Shown here: positions 1 through 13,070 of the stretch, one piece after another
Position numbering within the stretch: the stretch's first letter is position 1
How the letters are laid out: every line of letters starts with the position of its first letter
Assembly (NCBI GenBank): GCA_951406725.2
Contig: OX597817.1
Location: 137,826,001 to 137,890,000, forward strand
DNA: 64,000 bases
Direction of reading: 5' to 3'
Origin: Octopus vulgaris
Lineage: Eukaryota
Notes under the pieces: generated by a model
Databases searched by the model: none
Told to the model about the DNA's origin: nothing
Seen by the model: the letters and a program-made list of their open reading frames with translations, nothing else
Program-made: the position numbers and the translations under genes

Positions 1-826
1 AAACAGGTTTACTGAACGACGGATAAACATGGCGTTTTATTACAATAAAAAATTCATATTTACCAGGCTGAAGCCCATTCTACCCTCATGTAAAGACCAG
101 AGTCTTGAATGCCCTGTTAATCATATATCAATCAGATTAATGTCTTTCATTGTCGATGTTTTTGGATCATCTGGGGATAGAGTCTGAATGATTGAATTTT
201 AAATATTGAACGATTCTCTAAATGTAAATTCGGTGGCATTGAATTCTGTCTTTTGCAATCTCCATGAAGATAGATTAGTCATATTGTCAGAATAAGTGAC
301 AAAAGAATCCGATGATGGAAGAGGAAACACAGGAATACTATGGCTAACCTCAGAATGGCAAGATTCCGTCCAAACATTTGACAAAACTGTTATATTTTGG
401 AGTCAATTGTGTTTCTTGACATTAATTCTAAGACGGAGTTAACTCCTCACTAAATACGAAGATTTTGGTTTTCGCGCTTAAATGTGAATAGATGTTTCTG
501 GAAACTTTCCAAAATATAAAACTTCTGGATTTCGACTCCTTTTAAAAATATTGTAATTTATGGTAGGAAGTTATATATCATCCGCATCGGGTTTGTCTCT
601 ACTATTTCTTTATCCTTTGTTCCACTCTTACATCTAATTGCAAAAGTCCCCATCACGTCTGTAAATTATTATGGGTTAGAATTATTAAAACATTAAAGAT
701 ATTTCTTTGTATTTAACTCGCCATTCCATCTTTATCAACACCAACCCATAATGTCACATAACATTTCTGAAATCCCGTCTAGAATAAAATCAAAGAAATA
801 AAGTAGAAGTTTGCAAGTAAGGCATC

Positions 827-984
<158 letters not shown>

Positions 985-1165
985 TTTTTTATGTTCCCAA
1001 AAAAATCAATATGTACTCACGAAAAATGTATTCAGTAATCCTAAAATTAAGTTAGATTGCTTCTATACCTTTACACAAAAACAAATATTAATATATTTGT
1101 GTGGGTGTATGTGTGTATGTCCGCGCGTGTTATTCTGATGGCAGGTACGTGTGTGAACAGAGAGG

Positions 1166-1213
<48 letters not shown>

Positions 1214-1436
1214 CACATGTACACACATAATATTGACGTCATATATATGTATGTGTGTGTAAATATATACGTAATGTCGAACAATGAGAAAGAGTGCTCA
1301 ACACTCCATACAAAATGGAGAAGAACACCATTCCTCCATGTGATCGGCAGGAAAAAAGAGATAAGAGATTTTCTTAACAAGAGATCAATAGTAGCCTTAA
1401 TACATACATACATACATACATACATACATACATACA

Positions 1437-1470
<34 letters not shown>

Positions 1471-1546
1471 CATGCATACATACATACTTGTATATTTATA
1501 TGTAAGTGTATGTATATACATACTGTATATATACACATATATATAT

Positions 1547-1650
1547 ATTTCTTTATTACCCACAAGGGGCTAAACACAGAGTGGACAAACAAGGACAGAC
1601 ATAGGTATTAAGTCGATTACATCGACCCCAGTGCGTAACTGGTACTTAAT
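1547..1650 (-). mobile_element. SINE family A, 3' half, inverted relative to the adjacent full copy
   Basis: Near reverse complement of 1795-1900 (ttctttattacccacaaggggctaaacacagag...cgaccccagtgcgtaactggtacttaat). Confidence 0.85.
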
Positions 1651-1670
1651 ACACATATATATATATACAC

Positions 1671-1900
1671 AGCGGCGAGCTGGCAGAAACGTTAGCACGC
1701 CGGGCGAAATGCGTAGCCGTACTTCGTCTGTCGCTACGTTCCGAGTTCTAATTCCGCCGAGACCGACTTTGCCTTTCATCCTTTCGGGGTCGATAAATTA
1801 AGTACCAGTTACGCACTGGGGTCAATCTAAACGACTTAATCCCTTTGTCTGTCCTTGTTTGTCCCCTCTGTGTTTAGCCCCTTGTGGGTAGTAAAGAAAT
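1671..1900 (+). mobile_element. tRNA-derived SINE family A (Meta-domain-like), full length
   Basis: Head gcggcgagctggcagaa with B-box-like gagttctaattcc; central gcctttcatcctttcggggtcgataaattaagtaccag resembles the MetaSINE domain; many copies in the window. Confidence 0.88.
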
Positions 1901-1964
1901 ATATATTATGAGTATGTGCATGTGTGCGTGTGTATGTGTGTGTGTGTGTGTGTTTGTGTGTACC

Positions 1965-2183
1965 TACGTGTGTTTGTCTTTGTATGTGTTTGTACTCCAT
2001 CGCCGCTTAACGACCGGCGTTGGCGTGTTTACGTTCCCATAACTTTTGCGGTTCAGCAAAAAGATCCCATAGAATAAGTACCAGGATTTAAAACAATAAA
2101 ACCTATCAAGGCGGTGCTCCAGCATGGCCGAAGTCAAATGACTCAACCCAGTAGAGGAACAAAAGAATAAAAGAATAAAAGAG
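1965..2183 (+). mobile_element. SINE family B (CORE-like), 3' half
   Basis: Matches the 3' part of 9379-9770 and 34077-34446; ends ggcggtgctccagcatggccg...aaaagaataaaag. Confidence 0.8.
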
Positions 2184-2271
2184 TGCGTGTATGTGTGTCT
2201 ATGTAAGTTTGTGCATGTGTATATTATGAATGTGTGTTTATTGTGTATAGTATCTGTGTAATCATACATAC

Positions 2272-2354
<83 letters not shown>

Positions 2355-2591
2355 TGTATATATATAAGTGTAAGTATGTATATGGGTGTGCGTGTGCGTG
2401 GGTCTGTCCGTGCGTGGGTGTGTATGCGGTTAATAGTGATTACACAACAATAGTAAAAGACTCGTTTACAAAGGAATGGAAAACGTTAACATTCTTTGAT
2501 CTTTTCGTTTCTGTGTATATAATGCCCGCCACCATATCTACCTCTCTGCCTTCTCTCTCTCCCGCTCTCTCACTCTCCCCTCTTTCTCTAG

Positions 2592-2862
<271 letters not shown>

Positions 2863-2907
2863 TACACACACATTGGTAGTGCCAGCCTAAATTGAACAAC
2901 TGCTCGC

Positions 2908-2938
<31 letters not shown>

Positions 2939-3450
2939 TGAGCACTCCCCCGTATCGTTACCAACAACGGGTATATATCTATGTGTATGTGACTGTGTGT
3001 GTCTGTGTGTAAATATATATATATATATAACTATGCGCATACACACATACACACACAGATATACACACACACTCACATACACACATATTTATTTGTATAT
3101 ATGTGTGTATATATTTATGTGTGAATATATATCTAAAATACATTTCTATGAGTGTATGTATATGTATGTCTGCCTATGCGTGTATTAGTCTGTGTATATA
3201 TGTGTGTATGTGAGTGGATTTAGTAATTACCTTCTTACACTGACAAGCGGAATTTTTTTTAACTAAAGCTCAACAAAAGAACATCTTTGGAAGACAATCA
3301 TGACGTCAAACTACTAACTCACTTAAGTTTTTCGTCATTACGTCATACATCTGCGCATATCATACATGTAAGATATCTCCCCTTTCTCTGTATCTCTTTA
3401 TCTCTCTCTCTCTGCCCCCTCTCTCTCTCCATCTTTCTATCTATCTTTTC

Positions 3451-3533
<83 letters not shown>

Positions 3534-3580
3534 TAGATAGACAGAGACAAACAGACTGACAAGCAGACAGACAGACAGAC

Positions 3581-3660
<80 letters not shown>
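3451..3660. repeat. (GATA)n/(GACA)n microsatellite
   Basis: Direct inspection. Confidence 0.95.
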
Positions 3661-3895
3661 TTTTTCTTTTCTCTTTTTACTTGTTTCAATCATTTGACGG
3701 TGGCCATACTGTAGCACCGCCTTAGATGGGTTCTTCTTAGTCGAAGAAATCGACTCCAGGATTATTCTTTGTAACTTTAGGACTTATTCTATCAGTATCT
3801 TTTGCCGAACCGCTAAGTAATGGGGATGTAAACACACCAGCATCGGTTGTCAAGTGATGGTGGTGGTGACAAACAGACACAAAGACACACATAAA
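3661..3895 (-). mobile_element. SINE family B, 3' half
   Basis: ttttacttgtttcaatcatttgacggtggccatactgtagcaccgcc...ttttgccgaaccgctaagt matches 34077-34250. Confidence 0.82.
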
Positions 3896-3913
3896 TACAC
3901 GCACACACATATC

Positions 3914-4230
3914 TTAGCTGCTTTCTCGTATACAAGAATCATTGAAAGGAGTCAATGTTGATGGCATGTGAGGCCTTTGTATGACTCTAGAGTCAGGCGA
4001 AAGTTTTGCACATTCTATTACATAATGCACAACTGTACTGGCTGTCAGAGGGAACAGGTGCCACAGTATAAAGTCTTTGACATGCCTTTTCGATCCTCCA
4101 ACTGAGAGGCACATCTTTCCACTTGTTGCACATGTTCTGTAGTGAACAAAAGCCTTACCACAGTTTACCATGCATCGGTTCCTGTGAGTCCCCTGATGGC
4201 TGACCAGGCCTGCATGACTCACGCACCTCC
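3914..4230 (-). mobile_element. Possible RTE-type LINE C-terminal zinc-finger remnant
   Basis: Translation SHAGLVSHQGTH...CATSGKMCLSVGGSKRHVK resembles decayed C2H2 fingers at RTE C-termini. Confidence 0.3.
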
Positions 4231-4277
4231 ATCAAATCCATGCACAAGGCATGGAATTGATGGAGGGCAGTCTGAGG

Positions 4278-4375
4278 TTATAATAGCCGACAGTTGCCTA
4301 AGGAGCCGCGCAGTGGGACTGAAGCCGGAACCAAGTTGTCGGGAAGCAAGCTTCTTACCACACAGCCAAGCCTAT
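4278..4375 (-). mobile_element. SINE family B, tRNA-like head
   Basis: Reverse complement reads ggctgtgtggtaagaagcttgcttccc...ttcagtcccactgcg, the same head as 34360-34446. Confidence 0.78.
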
Positions 4376-4411
4376 ACATATATATATATATATATATATA
4401 CATATATACAC

Positions 4412-4463
<52 letters not shown>

Positions 4464-5072
4464 AGAGAGAGAGAGAAAGAGTGACAAATAGACATTGACA
4501 GACGCACACACGCATACACACACACAAACACACACAGAGACTGAATGATTGATTTATTCATTAATTGATTGATTGGTTGATTGATAGGAGATGATATATA
4601 TATATATATATAAAGGGAGAGAGGGGGAGAGGTGAGGTGAGGTAAGTTAGAGGTTATAACAACCGTCTAAGGGATACTTGTACCCAATCAATTACTGGTA
4701 TCTTACATATATGGGATTATGATTATTAGTATTAATGTTCATTAATGATAGGTAAGGAAAAGAATCGAAAAGTTTTTCAGAGGGATAGCATGTAGCATCA
4801 ATTGATATATCCTTACTTACTTTTTTCTCTTTATTTTTCATTTCTTTATTTTTCCGCACTAATGAAGTTCCACTATTTAAGTTAGTATGATTAATTATTT
4901 ACAATGATAATTATTATTACTATTACTGTAATAATTAAGCCTGATAATACCAAAAATAGCGCCAACAGAAGCAGCCGTCAGTTGACACATTTTCTCTTTT
5001 TTTTGATAATCGATAAATGCTAATTGGTGTTTATCAATTATCAATTTTACCTCCATTTCCTTATTTTCTTTA

Positions 5073-5138
<66 letters not shown>

Positions 5139-5165
5139 AATGTAATATGTGACAATTATTCGGTA

Positions 5166-5234
5166 GCCAAAATAAAACTCCGAGTTTCGGATGCCGAGGT
5201 GGAAATCCACGCCACATCTCTTCAGTTATCCGGC
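5166..5234 (-). ncRNA. Type I hammerhead ribozyme motif (PLE-type)
   Basis: Minus strand: GCCGG-AUAA CUGAAGA GAUG..GUGG-auuu-CCAC..CAUC C GAAACU-cgg-AGU U UUAU-UUUGGC. Core intact and stems I, II and III pair by eye. Confidence 0.72.
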
Positions 5235-5382
5235 CATCGGAGTTTTATCTTGGCTACGGAATAATTGTCACATATTACATTTACAGATAAATTCCTTTAT
5301 TTACATTATAACGAGGTCCCTTTCTTTCTTTTGTTATCTTACCGTTTTTATCAATTTATCTTACCGTTTTTATATATATATA

Positions 5383-5445
<63 letters not shown>

Positions 5446-5679
5446 CACCTTCAAATCTTGTAGCGATGGATGAATGACAAAGCAGCAGGTATAGATGCAA
5501 TGGAAGTTACAGTCACATACAGAGGCGGCTCAAGGCACAGGGTAATTTCCCACTGGACCGAAGCAGAAGTGGAACACAACAGCCCCTGGCTGCCTGAACA
5601 GTTTCTTTCGGAGCGCTCTGCTCACCTCCATGACCCGAAGAAGTGGTTAGAAAAGGTGCCCCAAAAATAGCCTGCTTCA

Positions 5680-6175
5680 CCAAACTGCCCGAGTAAAGGA
5701 AATAGGTGGGGCAATCCTCACTATGGACTCGGCCGACAGATGTGTGGTCAGCCGGGCTTGTTCGAAGTATGAGCAGCAGCTATTCGACATAACCCCAGAG
5801 GTCAGTAATGCCCGGACACTGAATGAGTGCGAGCAGAATGGGTTCGTCGATCTGCTCATACTTCGAACAAGCCCGGCTGACCACACATCCGTGCCTGTAG
5901 AGTTTATCTCAAACTGGAAACGCATCTCAGTAGCACTACTGTGCCAAGAACACCTGAAACTTATCCCTGATGGACCCTGACTGGAAAGTCTTCTGGCACG
6001 GACTAGACAGTTCATTACCCGACTGGTTGGGGGCTGTGAGCGCCTGGCGACATTCTAGGTGCCATGAACCCAATGTCGGTCGTTTCCTCACCTAGGACTA
6101 CAGTTCTGTCAAGAAGACGAGCTGCCGAAATACGTGCCCCACAAACGGAGCCTAGGAAAGCTCACCGACCAGAAA
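5680..6175 (-). mobile_element. Tx1/L1-clade LINE ORF2 C-terminal remnant (zf-RVT region)
   Basis: Broken translation RKRPTLGSWHLECRQAL...CY*DAFPV*DKLYRHG...ALIQCPGITDLWGYVE...LSAESIVRIAPP; multiple stops. Confidence 0.72.
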
Positions 6176-6703
6176 TCATTGCAGGCAGCACAATATGAGA
6201 GCGAGTCTTTGCATCAGGATCCACAGCGTAATAATAATCCATAATGTCACATTCGGTAACGATAAAGTCAGAAATGTTTTTCCAAAAATTGAAGCTAGAC
6301 AAGCCAATGCCCGAACGAAATGTGTCCCCAAATGGCAAGGTAAAACAAAGACCGAAAACAAACTAGCATTCATATATTGAGAGAAAATGGAAGCAAAAAC
6401 AGCTTTTTTCACCCAAAACATCAGTTTCCTTCCATAGCATAGCACCTCACCTGTTTCTGGTTAAGACTTGGGGGCAAATCGTACAAATTAGAGCAAAACT
6501 AAAACGTATGTGTGTGTGTGTGTAGTTAAGTCTATGTCCGATCATAGAGTGACTGATAGTTTTGCATCCACAAAGGGCTTAGTTCCATGGCCACCCCGTC
6601 AGACTTTAATACCGAAGACAGATATAACTCTTCATCCCTGAGTTACATTTGTCTTCGTTTTTAGTGTCTGAGGAGCCGTCCATTACTGCTCTATGCTTTA
6701 GAG

Positions 6704-6998
6704 CAGTGGTTCCTAAACTTTTTCAGCTTGCCACCCACTTGGTTCTAAGGCCACATTCCAAGTGCACCCCACCCCCTCACCGTCACAGACATAAACCATT
6801 TTCGGCAGCAAATTCAAAACAACAGTATTTCACAAATAAAATTTAATCTAATTAACCCTTTATTTTGTTTGTTTGTTTGTTTTTACATCCATTGCCCCGT
6901 TTTGATCACCACATCATCGTTCCATTTTTCTTCAACGCAGCCCCTGGATCTTTCCACCGCCCCTAGGTGGGGGCTCCTGCCCACTTTGGGAACCACTA
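6704..6998. mobile_element. hAT (Charlie-like) MITE
   Basis: TIRs cagtggttcctaaa / tttgggaaccacta; imperfect 8-bp TSD ctttagag / ccgtagag. Confidence 0.78.
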
Positions 6999-7067
6999 CC
7001 GTAGAGTGTGCTTCTATTTTAGATATATGATACACGGACATATATATGTACAGAGAGGGAGATACAC

Positions 7068-7139
<72 letters not shown>

Positions 7140-7181
7140 TAAGAAATGAAGTTAACGCAGGTGTTATTCAAATCTTTACAC

Positions 7182-7267
7182 TTCCAGCATATGTTTCGAA
7201 GAAAGCATTGATATTATTCCAGAGGGCATAAAATGACGTAAAACAATGCAATTATCTCGTCAGGGAA
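7182..7267 (-). ncRNA. Hammerhead motif, left-arm copy with mutated cleavage triplet
   Basis: Minus strand UUCC CUGACGA...GAAAC AUAU GCU GGAA; U16.1 changed to C. Confidence 0.55.
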
Positions 7268-7752
7268 CAAAAGAGAAACAAACCACATCAATAAACCATT
7301 TTAACCGAATGTGATTACCGCGTATATGATGAAGGGGAACGCTGGCAATTTATTTTTTAAAAACCAGAGAATATTCTTCTAAACAAGTTTAAAGAACGCG
7401 TTTACCGTTGTAAATATTGGCAGAAATATACCTTTAGTTCTTATAAGTAATTTCTACAAATCTATAAAATTTGATCTTTAACTGTCTTCTTACATTTCAT
7501 TTCCATATATGCATATATCTATTTCCACGATTGTAAGCTTTATTCCTATTCATCTATCACATTATATTTCTCCCCTCTTAATTTTCTGTTAATTTCTTTC
7601 TTTCTTCTCTTCTCTAAATTACCTTTGACGTTAATCTATTATCGTTTTTTTCTAAATAAAATAATAATAATTTCCTAGCGTTCTCCTTCATCATATATGC
7701 GGTGATCACATTCGGTTAAAATGGCTGATTGATGTGGTTCGTTTATCTTTTT

Positions 7753-7839
7753 TTCCCTGACGAGATGATTGCATTGTTTTACATCATTTTTATTCCTCCC
7801 GGAATAATCTCAATGCTTTCTTCGAAACATATGTTGGAA
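7753..7839 (+). ncRNA. Minimal type I hammerhead motif
   Basis: UUCC CUGACGA [GA..GCAUUG...CAAUGC..UC] GAAAC AUAU GUU GGAA; palindromic stem III (AACAUAUGUU). Confidence 0.7.
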
Positions 7840-8035
7840 GTATAAATAATTTGAATAACACCTGCGTTTGACTGCATTTCTTAATTTATCTATGTTATTT
7901 AAAAACATTTCGCTCAACCCTGGAATTTCTACGTTTATAAGTAGGCTGTAATATCCTTGGCACTTATGTGAATTTTTGCTACTCTGGTAACTATTTATTT
8001 ATTCCGTGTTATTTGTACACATTGAAAAATATACA

Positions 8036-8126
<91 letters not shown>

Positions 8127-8152
8127 TGTGTGTGTGTGCGTGTGTATGTATG

Positions 8153-8188
<36 letters not shown>

Positions 8189-8404
8189 TAGTTAAGACTA
8201 TAAATATATATGTATAGATATAGAAATTGTATGACGATGTTATATTTGTTTGTGGGAAATAGTTTTTGCAGAGTAATAATATGAAAATAGAAGATTGGAA
8301 AAAAATTCTTTGGTATTATTTATTCACCATTAATAAATTGTGGTGAATAAATAAAACCAAGTTGGACGGGTGAGGGGAGATTACGAAAACGAATAAGAAA
8401 AACA

Positions 8405-9050
8405 GGGAAGAAGGAGAAGAAGGAGAAGAAGAAGAAGAAGAAGAAGAAGAAGAAGAAGAAGAGGAGGAGGAGGAGGGAGGAGGAGGAAGAAGAAGCAGAA
8501 GAAGAAGAAGTAGAAGAAGGAAGAGGAGGAGGGGAGGAGGAGGAGGTACAAGAAGAAGGAGGAGGAGGAGGAGGAGGGGCGGAAGAAGAAGGAGGAGGAG
8601 GAGGAGGAGGAGGAGGAAGGAGGAGGAGGGAGGAGGAGGAGGAAGGTGAAGTAGAAGAAGTAGAAGGAGGAGGAGGGGCGGAAGAAGAAGAGGAGGAGGA
8701 GGAAGGTGAAGAAGAGGAGGAGAAAGAAGAAGAAGAAAAAGAAGAGGTGTGGAGGAGGAGGAACAAGAAGGAGGAGGGGCAGAAGGAGAAGAAGAGGGAG
8801 GAGGAAGAGGAGGAGGAGAAGAAGAAGAAGAAGAAGAAGAGGAGGAGGAGAAAGAAGAAGAAGAAGAAAAAGAAAAAGAAGAGGTGGGGAGGAGGAGGAA
8901 CAAGAAGGAGGAGGAGGGGCAGAAGAAGGAGAAGAAGAGGGAGGAGGAAGTGGAGGAAGAGGAGAAGAAGGAGAAGAAGAAGAAGAAGAAGAAGAAGAAG
9001 AAGAAGAAGAAGAAGAAGAAGAAGAAGAAGAAGAAGAAGAAGAAGGATGG
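8405..9050. repeat. Compound (GAA)n/(GGA)n polypurine tract
   Basis: About 650 bp that is almost all purine, with internal duplicated sub-blocks. Confidence 0.95.
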
Positions 9051-9378
9051 ACTGAGATGTTAGAATAAAGCGAGGGGTATATAGGGGAAGTTGAGGAAGG
9101 CCACACATCAAAGACCTTTCATAGTTTCGCAATAGATGCATTTTGTGAGTAGCTTCATTCGTTGAGGCCATTCAGTAAACAGGAGGACAGCCCCTTGTCA
9201 CCCCCCGACTCCCAGCTATTTCCTCTCCAACTGAAAGAAAGTGATGAGGGGGTTGGCCTGAAAGAGAAATATCTTTTTTGAGTCCTCCCGATCTCGCTCC
9301 TTCCATCCAATGTTTTTCATCATAACAGTCCGCCCCTACGATCAAAATGACTCGGCCTGTAGGCAGATCCATTTCGAA

Positions 9379-9770
9379 CGCAGGCACAGGCGTGTCTAAA
9401 ACGTTTGCTTCCGAACCACACGGTTCCGGGTTCAGTTTCACTGATTGGCATTTTTGGGCAAGTACCTTCTACACTAGCATTGAACCGACCAAGCCCTTCA
9501 GAGTGGATATTGGAGATGGAAACTGAAAGAAGCAAGTCGTATATGTACATATATTCATGTGTGTGTGTGTGTTACACCATTGCTTGAGAACCGGTGCCGG
9601 TTTGTTTGCGTCCCTGTTGGGACAGTTTGGCAAAGAAGACCGATCGAGTAGGTGCCAGGTTTGAGAAAACTTAGGTGCCGGAGTTAATTCGTTCCACAAA
9701 AATTCTTAAAGGCGATGCTCCAGCAAGGCCGCGGACTAATGACTGAAACAAATAAAGAGAAATAAAAAAA
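9379..9770 (+). mobile_element. SINE family B, near full length, diverged
   Basis: B-box gggttcagtttca, CORE-like ttgggcaagt, internal (TG)n, tail ggcgatgctccagcaaggccgc. Confidence 0.82.
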
Positions 9771-9789
9771 AGGTGAAAATAACTGAGTA

Positions 9790-10400
9790 AAGCTCAATCA
9801 TTGACTGAAAACGTACAGAACGATTTCGCCACTCTGCACGCCTCTCGGGCGGAACAAATCCCTAACTGACAACTCATCCCCGATAGCAAATAAGGCCAGA
9901 TATTTCTGGAAGTTACTTATTTGATCCCGTGATGAACGTCTTCCAGGCTGACACCCTGTGTCATTGTTGACACCCTGTGTCACTGCTGCTACTCTGTGTC
10001 TCCTGAAAACGTTACTATTGTTACCAAGCACAGATTTAGCCAAAAATGCAAATAGAGAAATATCAACGACTGTATTTCTTGAAGAAGTAAGAATCTTAAG
10101 AACATTCTAGATCTCAGAGGCCCACTGTTGATCTTCGATTAACAAAGAGTCGCATCTCTGTCAATGTTTCAAACCGAGAGGAAAATGTAACTCACAAAGA
10201 GTGGTCCTATTAGCAGTCTCAGGAGACCTCATTATCTCAGTGCATGCCCGGACAATATCAACCACGGTGCAGTGGGTCCCCCGTCCATCTGCTGTGCTGG
10301 TAGAAGATAGACTTTCTATCCGCTAGAACACGTTGCGAAAACGGAACCACTCCAGACTGGTAAGAGGAAAACTAGAGCGTAACAGAAGCAGATTCCATTG
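9790..10400 (-). mobile_element. Decayed Tx1/L1-clade LINE fragment
   Basis: SNFQKYLA...LSVRD...PRGVQSGEIVLYVFSQ parallels the zf-RVT region seen at 5800-5960. Confidence 0.5.
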
Positions 10401-11399
10401 AAGATTGAAGTGACCCAACCGCTGAAACTAGGTAAACGGAAAATACCCCCCCCCCCCATACACACACACATGCCCTGAACAAAATGGCTGGCCCTAGGAA
10501 AACTAGATTGATAAGTTTATTAGCTGCTTCCGTTACGATGAATGAGAAGGTGGCTATCGTAATTATCCTAGAGATTGTACAGGTCTACACGTACCTGGTC
10601 ACATCATGCACTTCTTGTATAACACACCGGGGAATGTTAGCATTTTGTCGCAAGTTGTAAAAGACACCTGTTAAAAGAGAAACTACGAAGTGTGTCCATA
10701 AGCTTTTTGGACTATCCAAATCGCTCAACCACTCAACGTCTATAATTTCTAATCTGCCGTTATTGTTGAGGTTTTACAATACACCATATCTTTTATCGAA
10801 AATAGCTGCACAGCGACATGCTGAAAGGATGCACACATCTGCGTGGCATCGAATAGCATCTTAATAAAAAATAAATCTTATGATGTAAACAGCATACAAT
10901 TGTGGCTGATAAGAACAAAGCTTTTATAAACCGACAGAAGCAATACGAAGAGTTACTTTAGTATAATAGCATATCTGTAATGTTGACGTACGGCATAGGT
11001 TCGAATTTCGCGGACAGCCTTCGACTTTCTTTTATCCAAGAGTTTTTTAAGCCGATATGGTATATGTTATAGAAATACCATCTAGAATATCATGGTTTTC
11101 TTTATGGTATTACCTACTTCAAGTTCCACTGTTAAAAGCATATAACTCATACAGCAGTTTTCTAAAAAGGTAAATAATAATGATGTTAGAATCAGGTGGT
11201 GGGAAGACAAACAGGTGTACTGATTAAAGGAAGAGTCTTTATGTAGAGCAGCCTCTTCTTGTAACAGTGCTGATCATTCTGTCGGTGATTGTAAAGCTGA
11301 TGAAGAATAGTCTCTTGAAAAGCATAAGTGTGATGGGAAACGAATAATTCCCTTTTCACGAACAATTTAAAGCTTCGTGGAAAATGTAGGACTCTAGTG

Positions 11400-11900
11400 A
11401 ATTCTTTGTTGCAGACCGTACCAATATTTTGGTATTGATATTAGGATAATATTGAGTTTCGGCAGATATAATCTAATGGAAACGAGAAAACAATCACAAA
11501 AGTGCAGGAATATTGTCAGTGTTTCGCTGATGGTGGTAATATTGAATCTTTTAAAGAAGCATCGAAGTGTTTTGAGGTTCTGGGAAGTGACAGAATCTAA
11601 AATAAGGATATAAAGGAAATCTTCATTGAAGAATATCTTCATAGAATGAAGAAGATTTTAATATTCAAACTGAATATAGAAAACATCATCCAAGCAGTCA
11701 ATTTGAGAGCACTTTCACTAAGAAGGTCTGCAGCGTAGATTACAAAGTGCAAGAATTGAGATGAATTGGCAGAAAGACGAGGAGGAACATAAAGCAGAAA
11801 GAAGGGTCACCAGTTAAATGTGGAACGGTCAAACTGAACAAGAAGCATGAAGGTTAATGGCGACTGAAGAGGTTGTAAAACTAGAGTGAGAACTTAATGT
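11400..11900 (+). mobile_element. Possible LINE endonuclease (RTE-like) remnant
   Basis: Purine-rich decayed coding-like sequence (KLNIENIIQA-like segment); many stops. Confidence 0.28.
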
Positions 11901-12683
11901 AGATTCTACTGACGTCATATGTACTTCTTTCCATAGCATCTCTTACGGAGATGTACACAGAAAATATGGAACAAAGTTAAAATTTTGGAATGAAAATTGT
12001 TCCATTCTGAAAAGGGAAGACAAGTAAAGCTGGCTATGGTCAAAGAAAAGAGTATTGAGTATATACAAGAAGTTGAAAATGTATTTAAACATTTTTAAAG
12101 ACTTAACTGGTTTCTCAAATTTCACTGCTTTTCAGAAGTTGAGGCAGAAAGACATGGAGCTATGCGGCAACTGTTTTTAAGGAGAGATACATAAGCACAA
12201 ACCATGACTATTCAACCACTGGGTGACACAGATTAAATTTAGAGAGCCTTCTTTTAGGATTGGCGCTAGATATGTTCACTCAGCCTTAATTTTCGGCGCA
12301 AAAATATAGTCACATATCATCATATGACATTAAAGAACGGACGTAAAGGGGAACTTTCAAACATTTGTAAACCACATCACGTGATCATCCTCATCCGTTC
12401 AAAATGTCTCCAAAATAGATACTAATTTCAGTCATATATTCTGTATAAAAACATCTTTTAATTCCAATCAGAAGCAAGATAGCTGCAACACGGCTCTACG
12501 TCTTTCTATTTTAACTTTTGAAAATCAGAGAAATCTGTGAAACCGATTAAGCCTAGAAATATTTTAAAATATAAAAAAAAAAGAATCTAAAAGAATCCTC
12601 GTGCATTTTCAAATTCGTTTATTGTCGTCATAAACATTTTATAAACTTTCGAGAGAATATGAAATAATTGTATATCATATATA

Positions 12684-13060
12684 AACTTGCGTCAGAAATT
12701 AATTAGCACTTCTCAAATTTCTACATTAAATAGGTTAAATCAATTAACCTATGAGCTGTTCAAAACGTCTTACGCGATGAGAAAACTTAGTATGGTGTGA
12801 TTTGGGTCCTTGCGAGGCGCTACCTATATCTATTAAACAAAGGAAGATTTGTCTGCATCCGCACTCCAAGTTGTTGCACTGCTATGTCAACATCATAAGG
12901 CTGTAGACTCTCAAACTGCTCTGTAAACAAAGTTACGTCATCGTTCTGCGCAACAGTGAACTCGCAACAAAGCAATAGTTCGAGATATGGCCACTAGGTG
13001 ACAGCACATACCTTGAGTGAAGAGCAAATCAAGGGTGCTTATTAATTTCTGACGGTAGTG
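12684..13060. mobile_element. Tc1/mariner-type MITE
   Basis: TIRs cgtcagaaattaattagcac / gtgcttattaatttctgacggtagtg, both flanked by TA. Confidence 0.72.
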
Positions 13061-13070
13061 TATATATATA

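Larger units (their letters stand above)
7138..7885. mobile_element. Inverted pair of ~220-bp PLE-like terminal repeats, each with a hammerhead motif
   Basis: 7138-7355 is a diverged reverse complement of 7665-7885; abuts a (GATA)n array. Confidence 0.7.

Noticed and set aside
1671-1760. tRNA-like A/B boxes here and in other SINE heads
   Set aside because: No complete cloverleaf; they continue into SINE bodies present in many copies.
11293-11330. CTGATGAAGAATAGTCTCTTGAAA hammerhead-like string
   Set aside because: No convincing stem I or stem III pairing.
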